Origin: an uncultured Acidobacteriota bacterium
GTDB lineage: Bacteria; Acidobacteriota; Terriglobia; Acidiferrales; UBA7541
Length of the DNA stretch: 64,000 nucleotides
Direction: 5' to 3'
Assembly: GCA_963742475.1 (NCBI GenBank)
Contig: CAVULY010000008.1
Location: 274,828 to 338,827, forward strand
This document shows positions 10,638 through 21,014 of this stretch, one piece after another; position 1 is the first letter of the stretch, and every line of letters starts with the position of its first letter. Below the pieces are notes generated by a model that searched no databases, was not told the DNA's origin, and saw only the letters and a program-made list of their open reading frames with translations. The position numbers and the translations under genes were made by a program.

Positions 10638-11804
10638 TTAGAGGTAGAACTTCGGAACGCGCCGGCCCAGCGCGCACAATAAATCGGATGTTACAGTTCC
10701 GATCGCGTGCGCCACCTCGGAAACTTCCACCGACGCGTCGCCATCCTTCCCGTAGATTGTCACCACGTCGCCCAGCACGGCTTCCGGCACGTCGGTCACA
10801 TCAAGAGTGGTCAGATCCATTGAGATCGTTCCCACCAGCGGCACTCGTCTGCCGCGGACCAGCGCCCATCCGCGGTTGGTCAATGCGCGCACCACGCCGT
10901 CGGCATACCCTGCGTTGATCACCGCGATGCGTGAGGGCCGCTTGGTCACGAAACGCGCAGCGTAGCCCACGCCCTGGCCCACCGGCACATTCCGCAAAGA
11001 AATAATGCGCGCGCGCAGCGAAAGGCACGGGTGCAGCGTCACCTGGCCCATCACTTCCTGTTTTTTCTGCGGCGGATCGAACGACTGGTGATAACCGTAA
11101 AGAATCGCTCCGGGACGAACCATATCCGCCCACGTGCTGGGCCGCGCGCAAATCGCTCCACTATTGGCCATGTGCACGATGCCGGGCGAGACGCCTAGCG
11201 CGCGCAAACGGGCCAGGCAATCTAGAAAAAGTTTCTCCTGATCGTTCGTTTGCTGCGCCGTGAAATCTTCCGCGGATGCAAAATGCGTGAACGTGCCTTC
11301 CAGCTCGAGGTGCTTACACTTGGCCAGAGTTCGCGCGAAGCTGTCCACTTCATCCGCGGAAATTCCCAGGCGGTTCATGCCCGTATTAATCTTCAAATGA
11401 AATCGCAGCCGCGATTTTCCGCCGGCCGCTTTGGCGCTGCGCTCCAGGTGATCAAGATCATCCACGCGCGTTACCGTGGGCGTCAGATTATTTTGAATCA
11501 GCCGTCTTTCTTCGCCCGGCCAGAAGCCCGTCAAAATCAGAATCCGTTTGCGGATGCCCGCCTCGCGCAGTTCCACGCCTTCGTTCGCGCAGGTTACGCC
11601 GAACCATTCGGTCCCGGCCTTCTGCAGCGCCTTGGCCACCGGCACGGCGCCCAGCCCGTAGGCGTTCGACTTCACCACCGCCAGAATTTTTCGCGATGCT
11701 CCCACCTGTTTGCGAATGGCGCGCAGGTTGTGCAGGATGGCCTTCAGCGAAATTTCCGCCCACACCGGGCGTCCCGCAAAATGAATTGTTTTCGGCATCG
11801 TCAT
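10638..11804 (-). CDS. alr: Alanine racemase
   Basis: PLP-lysine motif AVVKSNAYGLG; C-terminal region conserved over the full 388 aa. Confidence 0.9.
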   Translation of the reverse strand: MTMPKTIHFAGRPVWAEISLKAILHNLRAIRKQVGASRKILAVVKSNAYGLGAVPVAKALQKAGTEWFGVTCANEGVELREAGIRKRILILTGFWPGEERRLIQNNLTPTVTRVDDLDHLERSAKAAGGKSRLRFHLKINTGMNRLGISADEVDSFARTLAKCKHLELEGTFTHFASAEDFTAQQTNDQEKLFLDCLARLRALGVSPGIVHMANSGAICARPSTWADMVRPGAILYGYHQSFDPPQKKQEVMGQVTLHPCLSLRARIISLRNVPVGQGVGYAARFVTKRPSRIAVINAGYADGVVRALTNRGWALVRGRRVPLVGTISMDLTTLDVTDVPEAVLGDVVTIYGKDGDASVEVSEVAHAIGTVTSDLLCALGRRVPKFYL

Positions 11805-12082
11805 TTAGAATGCCAGACTCCTCGCCGCGCGCGCGAAGGAAATTGCCACTGGCAAATCGCTTCGCGCCGTTTAGGTAAACATCCGCATTGGATTGTTGCA
11901 GGACGGCTGCCATCGCGCATTGCCGGCAGGGCGCAGGCGCAAGCTTACCGTAAGATGCAGATAAACATAGGGTTATGGGACGGGCTGTTCGGCGACGGCG
12001 CAATCCCGAAGAGGATTATTTCTGGGCCTTTGCCGCCATTTCGACACGAGCGTGGATTTAGCGCGCACAACTCGGCCCGTCG

Positions 12083-13456
12083 CTACTCTTCCGGTTCGCC
12101 TCGCGCGCTCCACGCATCCGGCGCTGCTTCTTCAAAGCGCGTGTGCCGCGCCAGGAAGACGAAATTCAAATTTCCCGTGGGGCCGTTGCGCTGCTTCGCG
12201 ATGATCAGCTCCGCCTTCGCGCGATCCTCGTCCGGCAGATCCGTCTTGTAGAAATTCGGGCGGTTGATGAACAGCACCACGTCCGCATCCTGTTCGATCG
12301 CGCCCGATTCGCGCAGGTCCGCCAGTTGCGGCTTGCGCTCTTCGCGTTCCGGAGCGCGCGTCAATTGGCTGAGCACCACGATCGGCACTTTCAATTCCTT
12401 GGCCAGACCCTTCAGCGCGCGCGACATTCCCGAAACTTCTTCCTGACGGTTGCTCTGCCGCCCCATATTCGTGGGCACCACCAGTTGCAAATAATCCACG
12501 ATGATCAGCGAAAGCCCGCGATCGCGCTTCAGCCGCCGCGCCTTCGCGCCCATCTCCATCACCGTGGAAGAAGCGGAATCATCAATCCACAGCGGCGCCT
12601 CGGCCAGATTCGTCAGCGCGCCGGTCACTTTGCCCCAGTCGTCGCGGTTCATGTGGCCGGTGCGGAATTTGTGCGCGTCCACGCGCGCCTCGGACGCCAG
12701 CAAGCGCAACAGCAACGATTCCTTGGACATTTCCAGGCTGAAGATCGCCACCGGCTGGCGATGGCGCACCGCCACATTTTCGGCGATGTTCAGCGCCAGC
12801 GCCGTCTTTCCCATGGAAGGCCGCGCCGCCAGAATAATCAGCTCCGAAGGCTGCAAGCCCGCCGTCTCGTTATCGAGGTTCGCGTATCCAGTAGCGAGAC
12901 CGGTGATGCGGCGCCCCTCGCTGAATATTTTTTCCAGCCGCTCGAAATTGTCACGGACCAGTTCTTTGACGCCGATCAGCCCGGCCTTTACGCGGTCTTC
13001 CGCCAGCTGGAAAATCACGGACTCGGCGCGGTCCAGAATCACGTCTGCGTCGTCGCCCGCCGCCAGCGCCTGCTCCTGAATCGCCGACGCCGAAAAGATC
13101 AAATTGCGCAGCACGGATTTTTCTTTGACGATCCGCGCGTAGTGCTCCACGTTGGTGATGCGCGGCAGCCCGTCCGCCAATTGCGAAAGATAGGCAATGC
13201 CGCCCGCCGCTTCCAGCTCGCCGCGCCGCGAAAGGTCTTCCATCAGCGTGACGATATCAATGGCCTGCTGCTTTTCTCCCAGCTGCACCATGCGCTCGAA
13301 AATTTGCCGGTGCTGCGGCAGAAAGAAATCGTCCGAGCGCACTTTCTCAATCGCGGCGTTCAGCGCGTGGTTATCCAGCAGAATCGCGCCGAGAATGCTG
13401 CGCTCTGCTTCCAGATTGTGCGGTAACGGTCGTTCGAGTGTGGCGTCGCCTGGCAT
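12083..13456 (-). CDS. dnaB: Replicative DNA helicase DnaB
   Basis: PHNLEAERSILGAILLDN N-terminus, Walker A (ARPSMGKTALAL), and LIIVDYLQL and QLSRAPE motifs. Confidence 0.95.
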   Translation of the reverse strand: MPGDATLERPLPHNLEAERSILGAILLDNHALNAAIEKVRSDDFFLPQHRQIFERMVQLGEKQQAIDIVTLMEDLSRRGELEAAGGIAYLSQLADGLPRITNVEHYARIVKEKSVLRNLIFSASAIQEQALAAGDDADVILDRAESVIFQLAEDRVKAGLIGVKELVRDNFERLEKIFSEGRRITGLATGYANLDNETAGLQPSELIILAARPSMGKTALALNIAENVAVRHRQPVAIFSLEMSKESLLLRLLASEARVDAHKFRTGHMNRDDWGKVTGALTNLAEAPLWIDDSASSTVMEMGAKARRLKRDRGLSLIIVDYLQLVVPTNMGRQSNRQEEVSGMSRALKGLAKELKVPIVVLSQLTRAPEREERKPQLADLRESGAIEQDADVVLFINRPNFYKTDLPDEDRAKAELIIAKQRNGPTGNLNFVFLARHTRFEEAAPDAWSARGEPEE

Positions 13457-13486
13457 GGTCTGTGGTTGTGCTCGGATGTAGCTGTC

Positions 13487-13512
13487 GCAATCTTACGCTT
13501 GCAATCTTACGC
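13487..13512. repeat. Direct 12-mer GCAATCTTACGC x2 (period 14) upstream of dnaB
   Basis: gcaatcttacgc tt gcaatcttacgc, 31-56 nt upstream of the dnaB start codon on the minus strand. Confidence 0.6.
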
Positions 13513-13653
13513 CCGCTCGCACTCCGCGACAACGGGCACGCGTGTACGGGAAATTCCGTTTAGGGAGCGCGCAAGATTGTGCGCATTTAACTCTGGCGCG
13601 TCAACGGTACCCGCCTGTGCAAGATTTCGGAAAAGTGGAAAAGCAGCCGGCGC

Positions 13654-13683
13654 AAAAAAAGGCGCCCCAAATTTCGGGACGCC
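13654..13683 (-). terminator. Rho-independent terminator downstream of rplI
   Basis: On the minus strand: GGCGTCCC-gaaattt-GGGGCGCC (8-bp stem with one G-U) followed by TTTTTTT. Confidence 0.7.
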
Positions 13684-13749
13684 CGGTTCTCTTGCGATTT
13701 CTGAAGATCTATCCGCCAGCGAGAGCGACAGCCGGAAGGAAACGCTGCC

Positions 13750-14196
13750 TTACTCTTCCTTCTTCACCGCGACTTTCACATTCACGGTCACTTCGCGGTG
13801 CAGCTTCACCGGAACTTCGTAGTCGCCCATCACCTTGATCGGCTCGGCCAGCACGATCCTCTTGCGGTCAATCTCGAAGCCCTTGGCCGCCAGCGCCTCG
13901 GCAACGTCCAGCGAAGTCACCGACCCGAATAGCTGATCGTTCTCGCCAGCCTTGCGCGTGAATTCCAGCGATACGGCCGCGAGCAGTTCGCCCTGCTTCT
14001 GCGCCGCGTCCTTCTCGGTGGCTTCCTTCTTCGCGAAGTGCGCGCGCATCCTCTCGAGGCGCTTCAGATTGCCGGCCGTAGCTTCCAGCCCCAGCTTGCG
14101 CGGCAGCAGAAAATTGCGCGCGTAACCCTCGGCAACTTCCACCAGTTCACCGCGATTTCCCAGCTTTTCCACGTCTTCCTGCAGAATGATTTGCAT
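13750..14196 (-). CDS. rplI: 50S ribosomal protein L9
   Basis: MQIILQEDVEKLGNRGELVEVAEGYARNFLLPRKL... canonical L9. Confidence 0.95.
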   Translation of the reverse strand: MQIILQEDVEKLGNRGELVEVAEGYARNFLLPRKLGLEATAGNLKRLERMRAHFAKKEATEKDAAQKQGELLAAVSLEFTRKAGENDQLFGSVTSLDVAEALAAKGFEIDRKRIVLAEPIKVMGDYEVPVKLHREVTVNVKVAVKKEE

Positions 14197-14223
14197 TGTA
14201 TGCGGACCTCGAATCCTTTAAGC

Positions 14224-14245
14224 GTAGCGCCGGCGTCTCGCCGGC
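14224..14245. repeat. GTAG-headed hairpin (REP-like) between rpsR and rplI
   Basis: GTAG c GCCGGCG tct CGCCGGC: 7-bp perfect stem, 3-nt loop. Confidence 0.6.
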
Positions 14246-14276
14246 AGTTTTGTTCCTGCCTTATTGCTACTGCGAA

Positions 14277-14627
14277 CTACAATTCCGCCGCGAACGGCAG
14301 CAACGCGATATTCTGCGCCCGCTTGATCGCCACGGTCAGCCACCGCTGGTGCCGCGAGCACGTCCCGGTCATGCGCCGCGGAAGGATCTTGCCGCGCTCC
14401 TGAATGAACGGCGCCAGAATTTCGGCCTTCTTGTAATCAATGAAGTCGGCCTTGTCCACGCAGAAGCGGCAAACCTTCTTCTTGCGCACGAAATTCCGCT
14501 TACCGCGTTTCGCCGGCCCGCCGGGCCGTCCGCCACCTGGACCACCAGGTCCGCCCGGTCCCGAAGACCGCATCCCTCCCGACGAGGGGCCGTGCGATTG
14601 CTGCATTGGTGCGTTTTCATCTGCCAT
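14277..14627 (-). CDS. rpsR: 30S ribosomal protein S18 with a Gly/Pro-rich N-terminal extension
   Basis: [19 protein letters not shown]...[15 protein letters not shown] core. ATG at 14627 is preceded by AGGAG; the longer ORF to 14663 is possible. Confidence 0.9.
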   Translation of the reverse strand: MADENAPMQQSHGPSSGGMRSSGPGGPGGPGGGRPGGPAKRGKRNFVRKKKVCRFCVDKADFIDYKKAEILAPFIQERGKILPRRMTGTCSRHQRWLTVAIKRAQNIALLPFAAEL

Positions 14628-14745
14628 TCGAGTCTCCTGACTAATTTCCCGATTCTGATTCAAATCTCAATTCGCAAAGCTATCTTCGTAGCGGCACGCC
14701 TTCAGCTCGTGTAGCTAATGCAGCGTCCAGTAGCGTAAGCAACTC

Positions 14746-15177
14746 CTACGCCGTCGGCGCAGACTGCTCAGTCGGTGGCGCAATTGGCGCAACCGGAGCC
14801 CCCGGCGCGGGCGCCGTCTTGCGCGGACGACGCGCAGCGCGACGCTCGCGGTGCCGCTTCAATTTTTCCTGCCGCTTCAATTCTTCGTCGAGCCGCACGG
14901 TGAGGTACTTGATCACCGGATCCGCCACCTTCAACCGGCGCTCGAGTTCCTTCACCACTTCGCCGTGCGTGGTCTTCAGGACCATGTACACGAAGTATCC
15001 CTCGTGCAATTTCTGCACGCGGTACGCCATGCGCTTACGGCCCCACTTGGCGACCGACTCGACCTTCGCGCCCTTTTCCGCCGCTGTGCTTTCCAGCGTG
15101 GCGATCACCTTGTCAACATCCGCTTCCGGCGTATCCGGCCGGCAGATAAAAATCAGATCGTACTGACGCTCTTCCAT
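14746..15177 (-). CDS. rpsF: 30S ribosomal protein S6
   Basis: YDLIFICRPDTPE...KWGRKRMAYRVQK core, with an Arg/Pro/Ala-rich C-terminal tail. Confidence 0.9.
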   Translation of the reverse strand: MEERQYDLIFICRPDTPEADVDKVIATLESTAAEKGAKVESVAKWGRKRMAYRVQKLHEGYFVYMVLKTTHGEVVKELERRLKVADPVIKYLTVRLDEELKRQEKLKRHRERRAARRPRKTAPAPGAPVAPIAPPTEQSAPTA

Positions 15178-15230
15178 ATGTCCTCGATTCCTCTTCGTCT
15201 GTTCCGTAACTTCAGAGTTCTAAAAACCGT

Positions 15231-15821
15231 TCACTCCGAATCTTCTGTTTCGGCCTCGACGCGGCGGTTATGCCTCGCCATCGCCTTGCCCACGCCCTCA
15301 GTCACAATCAATTCCACGGCTTCCGCTGCATCCGCCGCCATCTGCGCCGCGATTTCGCGCTCGGGCTTGCGCATCGTGTGGAGGACGTAATCTGCCATGT
15401 CCTCCAGCGGATATTCGGGTTTCACGCCCATACGCACGCGGATAAATTCGTTCGACCCGACCGACGCAATCACCGACTTCAATCCGTTGTGCCCGCCGGC
15501 GCTGCCTCGTTCCCGAATCCGCAGCATGCCCCACGGTAACGCTGCCTCGTCGCTCAGGACGATCATCTCCGCGGCCTTGCAGTCGTAGCGTTCCAGCAAC
15601 AAGCGCACCGCCGTGCCGCTGAGATTCATCATCGTCTGCGGTTTGGCCAGCACCACTTCATTTCCCGCGATTGCGCCGAGGCCGACGTACGATTTCGATT
15701 CCGGCCGCGTCACTCGAATCCCTGCGCGCCCGCCCAGCGCATCCACCGCCAGAAAGCCCAGGTTATGCGGCGTGAACTCGTATTCCGGGCCAGGGTTTCC
15801 GAGGCCGACGATGAGTCTCAT
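15231..15821 (-). CDS. pth: Peptidyl-tRNA hydrolase
   Basis: MRLIVGLGNPGPEYEFTPHNLGF... and GGHNGLKS motifs. Confidence 0.95.
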   Translation of the reverse strand: MRLIVGLGNPGPEYEFTPHNLGFLAVDALGGRAGIRVTRPESKSYVGLGAIAGNEVVLAKPQTMMNLSGTAVRLLLERYDCKAAEMIVLSDEAALPWGMLRIRERGSAGGHNGLKSVIASVGSNEFIRVRMGVKPEYPLEDMADYVLHTMRKPEREIAAQMAADAAEAVELIVTEGVGKAMARHNRRVEAETEDSE

Positions 15822-15859
15822 TTTTACCCTGAGCGTCCGCCGCTACCCGCGTCGCAAAA

Positions 15860-16579
15860 CTACTTCTTCTTCTCGGACTTCTCGCTCTTCGCTGCAGGAG
15901 CTTCGGCAGCTTCGCCTTCTTCCCCTTCCACTTCCTTCTTGCCCTTCTTCATCACTTCCGGTTCCGCTGGCGCCGCATCCGCCGTCACCGCCGCATCCGC
16001 CGCAGGTTCCTCTTCCTTCTTCAGCACAACTACGTGCGCGATCACGCGAACCGGGTCGGTGAGCAATTTGATCTTCGCCGGGTCAAACGGCAGATCGGCG
16101 GCGCGCAACTGCTTGCCGATCAGCATCTCCGTCACATCTACTCTGAATTCTTCGGGAATATCCGCGGGCAAGCATTCGATTTCCACTTCGCGCGTAACCG
16201 TCTCGAACACGCCGCCCTGCATCTTCACTCCCTGCGGCTCGCCGAACGTGTGTACCGGCACTCGCACGCGCATACGCACGTCCATCGCGATGCGGTACAG
16301 ATCCACGTGCAGCAATTTGCCGCTCACCGGATCCACCTGCCAATCCTTCACCATCGCCTTTTCGGAGGCGCCGGAGGCCACCTGCACGGTAAAGATCGTG
16401 TTGTGCCCCGTTTCCGAGCGCAGAATCCGCGCCACTTGTTTCGCGTTCACGGAAATGGAAATCGAATCCTTCTTCCCGCCGTACAGAATCGCCGGGACCA
16501 TCCCGCTCAAGCGTGTGCGTCGCGCAGGACCCTTCCCGCGCCCTTCGCGTACCTGGCCTTCGATTGTAAATGTCTCCAT
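15860..16579 (-). CDS. rplY: 50S ribosomal protein L25 / general stress protein Ctc
   Basis: RRTRLSGMVPAILYGG... L25 N-domain plus Ctc C-domain; acidic/lysine-rich tail. Confidence 0.9.
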   Translation of the reverse strand: METFTIEGQVREGRGKGPARRTRLSGMVPAILYGGKKDSISISVNAKQVARILRSETGHNTIFTVQVASGASEKAMVKDWQVDPVSGKLLHVDLYRIAMDVRMRVRVPVHTFGEPQGVKMQGGVFETVTREVEIECLPADIPEEFRVDVTEMLIGKQLRAADLPFDPAKIKLLTDPVRVIAHVVVLKKEEEPAADAAVTADAAPAEPEVMKKGKKEVEGEEGEAAEAPAAKSEKSEKKK

Positions 16580-16668
16580 GATTCCCTCGTCGCGCCGGCT
16601 GGGCTTGACTGCCTCTTGCCGGCTCTCTTTTCTCGTCGAAATCCGCCGGCACGAAGCCGGCGCTGCTG

Positions 16669-17613
16669 CTAAATAAACAATTCGCTGATCGAAGTCTCTT
16701 CGTGAATGGACTGAATCCCGCGCGCCAGCAGCGGCGCCACGCTCAGCGCCTTGATCTTGCCCAGCTTCTGCGCCGCTTCATTCAGCGGAACCGAATCCGA
16801 GACCACCACTTGCTCGATCTTCGACTTGGCAATCCGCTCCACGGCCGGCCCGGAAAGCACCGGATGCGTGCACGCGGCAAATACTTTCGTCGCGCCATGC
16901 TCCAGCAGCGCTTCCGCCGTTTTCACCAGCGTTCCGGCGGTGTCAATAATGTCGTCAATCACCAGCGCCGGGCGCCCGGCCACGTCGCCGATCAGGTGCA
17001 TCACTTCGCTGACGTTCACGTCAATGCGCCGCTTGTCCACGATGGCCAGCGGCGCGTCAATTCTCTTCGCGAAAAACCTGGCGCGCTCCACTCCGCCTGC
17101 ATCCGGTGAAACCACGGTGATCGGACCCAGCTTCATTTTCTGAAAATATTCCACCAGCACCGGCGACGCAAAAAGGTGATCCACGGGAATGTTGAAATAT
17201 CCCTGAATTTGCGGCGCGTGCAGGTCCAGCGTCAGCACCCGGCTCGCGCCTGCGGTTTCCAGCAGATCCGCAACCAGCTTCGCGGAGATGGCCACTCGCG
17301 GCCGGTCCTTGCGATCCTGCCGCGCATACGGGTAATACGGAACCACCGCCGTGATGCGCCATGCAGAAGCCCGCTTGAACGCATCAATCATCAGCAGCAA
17401 CTGCATCAGATTGAAATTCACCGGCGTGCAACACGGCTGCACCACGAATACGTCCGCGCCGCGCACGTTTTCCAATATCTGATAGCGCGTCTCACCGTCG
17501 CTGAACTGGCCGTGCTCCGCTTCGCCCAGCGGCACGCCTACGTACTTGCAAATCGCTTTAGCCAGCTCGGGATTCGCAGTACCGCAGAATATTTTGAATT
17601 TATCGTCGGTCAA
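16669..17613 (-). CDS. prs: Ribose-phosphate pyrophosphokinase
   Basis: KIFCGTANPELA..., DLHAPQIQGYF, and PRPP loop VIDDIIDTAGT. Confidence 0.95.
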   Translation of the reverse strand: MTDDKFKIFCGTANPELAKAICKYVGVPLGEAEHGQFSDGETRYQILENVRGADVFVVQPCCTPVNFNLMQLLLMIDAFKRASAWRITAVVPYYPYARQDRKDRPRVAISAKLVADLLETAGASRVLTLDLHAPQIQGYFNIPVDHLFASPVLVEYFQKMKLGPITVVSPDAGGVERARFFAKRIDAPLAIVDKRRIDVNVSEVMHLIGDVAGRPALVIDDIIDTAGTLVKTAEALLEHGATKVFAACTHPVLSGPAVERIAKSKIEQVVVSDSVPLNEAAQKLGKIKALSVAPLLARGIQSIHEETSISELFI

Positions 17614-17623
17614 AAAAATTCCC

Positions 17624-18567
17624 TCAACGGTTCACACTTGGGCGCGCATGCGCATCCGCACGCCAGCCCAAAGCACGGCCATAGTCTTCCCTGGATAGGG
17701 TTTCAACGACGAAAACCGAATCTTCCGGGAACGCACGAGCGGCTCGGCGCGCACGCGCTGGGTTTCGGAATATTCCGAACACCGCCGACCCGCTACCCGC
17801 CAGCGCGGCATCTGCGGCTCCTCGCTTGAGCAATCCGTCCCGGATTTCTCCGAGTCGCGGATGACGGTGGAAGACCGGCCCCTCGAAATCATTCGAAAGG
17901 CCTGCCCCCTGCCGGCTCCAGCACAGAGCGCAGAACCCCCAAATTTTAGGGGGTTCCGGGCGTTTTGTCAATTCCGCAGAAATCCACTGGAAGGCGTCCT
18001 TGGTGCTTACACCAATTTCGCGAGGAGACACCACCAGAATCGTCTGCTTGGGCGCGTTCGGCAGCGGGTAGATTTCATCGCCACGGTTGACCGCGAGCGC
18101 CCTGCCGCCGAAGAGAAAGAACGGCACATCCGCGCCCAGGCCGGCGGCGATTTCCATCAACCGCGCGAGCGGAACTTCGTTCCGGTCAGTCGCAGCATGC
18201 CGATGAGCGCCGCCGCGGCGTCGCTGGAGCCGCCGCCCAATCCTCGCGCCACCGGAATTTTCTTTTCCAGGCGCGCATGGACGTCGCCGCGGAATCCGAC
18301 TTCGCGGCGGATGGCTTCCACTGCGCGGGACACCAGATTTTCCGGACCGAGCGGCAAATTCGGATCGTTCGATTCCAGCGTGAAACCATTGTTGGTGGAA
18401 TCCGGCGCGAGGGAAAGTTCCAGCGTGTCGCGCAGCGAGATGGCCTGGAAAATCGTGCGCAGCTCGTGGTAGCCGTCCGGCTGCTTGCCCACCACATGCA
18501 AGCACAAATTAATTTTTGCAAACGCCGGCAGGCGCACTGATCTTTTCTTGGATGTCGCGCGAGTCAT
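17624..18567 (-). pseudogene. ispE: 4-diphosphocytidyl-2-C-methyl-D-erythritol kinase, frameshifted
   Basis: ORF 18157-18567 has AKINLCLHVVGKQPDGYHEL and the GHMP loop IPVARGLGGGSSDAAA, and ends ...MLRLTGTKFRSRG*. ORF 17624-18505 continues EVPLARLMEIAAGLGADVPFFL...GSGSAVFG. The frames switch near 18170-18190. Confidence 0.85.
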
Positions 18568-18577
18568 GCGGGGGAGC

Positions 18578-20761
18578 TTACTGCGGTTTCGCGGAATCCG
18601 GCGTGGTTTTTTGCGCCGTTCGCCGTTTCAGATTTTTCAGCTGCGCGTCCAGCTCGTTCACTTTATCCGTTTCGTAGTCCGCGGGCACGGCTTTCTGCCA
18701 TTCGGCCAGCGCGCGCTGCCAATAGATCACGGCCTGATCGCTCTGGCCCAGCTTGGCGTACACATCGCCCAGGTGGCCCAGAATTGTGGGATCATGTTTT
18801 TGCCGCTCGGACGCCTTGCGCAGACTTTCTTCGGCTTCCGTCAACTTATTCTGCTTGTAATACGCCCAGCCCAGGCTGTCCAGATAGGCGCCGTTGCTCG
18901 GCTCCTGCGTCACTGCCTTCTGGATCATCGCCGTCGCTTCTTCCAGACGCACCCCGCGGTCGGCCAGCATGTAGCCGTAATAATTCAGCACCGAAGCATT
19001 GCCCGGATTCACTTCCAGCACTTTGCGGAATTCCTGCTCGGCCTGATCGAATTTCTTTTGCCGTTCGTAAATCGCGCCCAGCATGAACCACGCTGTTTCC
19101 TTGTCGTCATTGCCGTGCGCCATCTGCTCGGCCTTCTGCGCCGATTGCTCCGCTTCCGCGTACTTCTTCCCGCGCTCCTGCACCTGCGCCAGATTCAGGT
19201 AAATCTCCTGGTCGCTGTCGTTTCCTTTCAGCAGACCATCGAGCAGCTTAGTCGCCGCATCTGCGTCGGACTTCTCGCCGTACAGCATCGCCAGCGTTAC
19301 CGTCAGGCTCGGATCGTTTGGTGCTGCCTCCAGAGCCTTTTTCGTTTCGGCGATGGCATGGTCCAGGTCGCGGCTTTCCCGGTAAGTGTCAATCAACAGC
19401 ATTTCCGCGCGTTTTTGCGCGTCGGGTCCCAGCTTGGCCATTTCCTGATAGGTCTGAATTGCCGCGGAATAATTTTCCTCTTCGCGATACGCGTGCCCCA
19501 ATTGCTCGTAAAGAATCGCCAGCGCGTTTGGACTCGACTCGCCGCTCGCCGCGTCCGCGCCGCTTCCAGAAGCAGCCCCTGTCGAGTTTCGCGCGCTACT
19601 GGATTGGCTCTTCATCCCGGCGATCGCGTCGCTCAGCACTTTCACCGCGTCGTCGTAACGCCCCTGATCCTCGTACAACAAAGCTTCGTTATAGAGAACT
19701 TCCAGGCTGCCCGGCGCCAATTGCTTCGCGCGCAGCAAACTCGCTTCAGCCTGATCGAATTTCCCCAGACGCCGATCGAGCTGCGCCATGCGCAAATAAT
19801 TTTCCGAAGTGCTCGGCTCGATTTCCGTCAGCCGCTTGAACTGCTCCAGCGCCTCCGCGTACTTGTCCTGCGCCATCAACGCTTGCGCCAGTCCGTGCAG
19901 GTGGCCGGGATCGTCCGGATCTTCCTCCACCGCTTTGCGATAGGCATCTTCCGCCTTGGCATATTCTTTCGACTGCGAATACGCATCGCCCAGCAGGTCG
20001 TAAATTTCCGGCGAGGAGGAATTCCCAGCCGCGTCCGAAAGCAGCGTCACTGCTTCCTGCGAGCGGCCTTCATCCATCAGCAGCTGGCTCAATTGTTCCA
20101 GCGCCGGACCGTTATTCGGGTCGCGCGCCAGCAATCCGCGCAGCACGGCTTCCGCTTCGCTGTGCTTGTTCTCAAAACGATAAAGCCGCGCCAGCCACAG
20201 CCCCGAATAAACGTCATCCGGTTGAATTTTCAGAATTTCCTGAAATTGCGCAATCGCTTTTTCCAGCGTTTCTTTTTGCACTTCGCCGGCGCTTAAATCT
20301 CCAAGCTCCCGGACGTAAATGCGCGCCAGCAGCTTGTGCGCGTCCACATTGCTGGGATCCAGCTTTAGAGCGCCTTGGGCTTGCTCTACGGCTTCGCGCA
20401 GGTGCTGCGACTTGGCGTAGATCTCCGCCAGTCGTTCCTTGATCACCGGCGAGCCGGGGGCCAGCTCCAGCGCCTTCTTGTAAGACTCGATGGCCTGCGT
20501 GGCGAGGTCCGCGCGGCCGGTCAGCTCGTATTGCTGCTCGTCCACATGGCCTAGCGTGAAGTAGTAATAGACGTCGCCGCGTACGCCCTGCTCGGCGGCG
20601 TTCGCGGGTGTTTGCGTGGGCGTGGGATTCTTGGCGGGCTCTGCGGTATTAGGCGCGGCCGGCGCAGGCGATGCCGGCGGAGCATTCTGCGCACGCGCGG
20701 CTGGTGCCGCCGCGACGAGCCATATGAATGACGAAAGTGCGATACCTATTATTGTTTTCAT
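18578..20761 (-). CDS. Secreted multi-TPR repeat protein (727 aa)
   Basis: Signal peptide (IWLVAAAPAARAQ) followed by many 34-aa TPR-like units (A..Y.KALE.DP...). Confidence 0.8.
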   Translation of the reverse strand: MKTIIGIALSSFIWLVAAAPAARAQNAPPASPAPAAPNTAEPAKNPTPTQTPANAAEQGVRGDVYYYFTLGHVDEQQYELTGRADLATQAIESYKKALELAPGSPVIKERLAEIYAKSQHLREAVEQAQGALKLDPSNVDAHKLLARIYVRELGDLSAGEVQKETLEKAIAQFQEILKIQPDDVYSGLWLARLYRFENKHSEAEAVLRGLLARDPNNGPALEQLSQLLMDEGRSQEAVTLLSDAAGNSSSPEIYDLLGDAYSQSKEYAKAEDAYRKAVEEDPDDPGHLHGLAQALMAQDKYAEALEQFKRLTEIEPSTSENYLRMAQLDRRLGKFDQAEASLLRAKQLAPGSLEVLYNEALLYEDQGRYDDAVKVLSDAIAGMKSQSSSARNSTGAASGSGADAASGESSPNALAILYEQLGHAYREEENYSAAIQTYQEMAKLGPDAQKRAEMLLIDTYRESRDLDHAIAETKKALEAAPNDPSLTVTLAMLYGEKSDADAATKLLDGLLKGNDSDQEIYLNLAQVQERGKKYAEAEQSAQKAEQMAHGNDDKETAWFMLGAIYERQKKFDQAEQEFRKVLEVNPGNASVLNYYGYMLADRGVRLEEATAMIQKAVTQEPSNGAYLDSLGWAYYKQNKLTEAEESLRKASERQKHDPTILGHLGDVYAKLGQSDQAVIYWQRALAEWQKAVPADYETDKVNELDAQLKNLKRRTAQKTTPDSAKPQ

Positions 20762-21014
20762 GCGTCAGTCGCAAAACTCCATTATCGTACACTGGCGCAA
20801 AGCGGTCAAAGCAATACCCCGCGCCCGTTCTTTCCGGTATCGCACATTGTTTGGACGCAAGAAGGCCACGCTGGGATACCTCCGTGATAGAGTTTTTATC
20901 GAAATGCCCCAAATCACCGTAAAACGATGTAACGCCGACGCGCATCCTGTGGGAAAATCACATCGCTGTATCCTGCGGAGGCCAAGGGTGTTCCGGACCA
21001 AATTCGGCGTCCTG

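Noticed and set aside
18485-20296. Long antisense ORFs opposite real genes, for example 18485-20296 (603 aa), 12143-13426, 26776-28302, 28674-30278, 39344-40753, 51212-52864, 53045-54328 and 6163-7446.
   Set aside because: They are Arg/Leu/His/Gln-rich low-complexity translations typical of the reverse strand of high-GC genes. In every case the opposite strand carries a full-length, motif-bearing protein.
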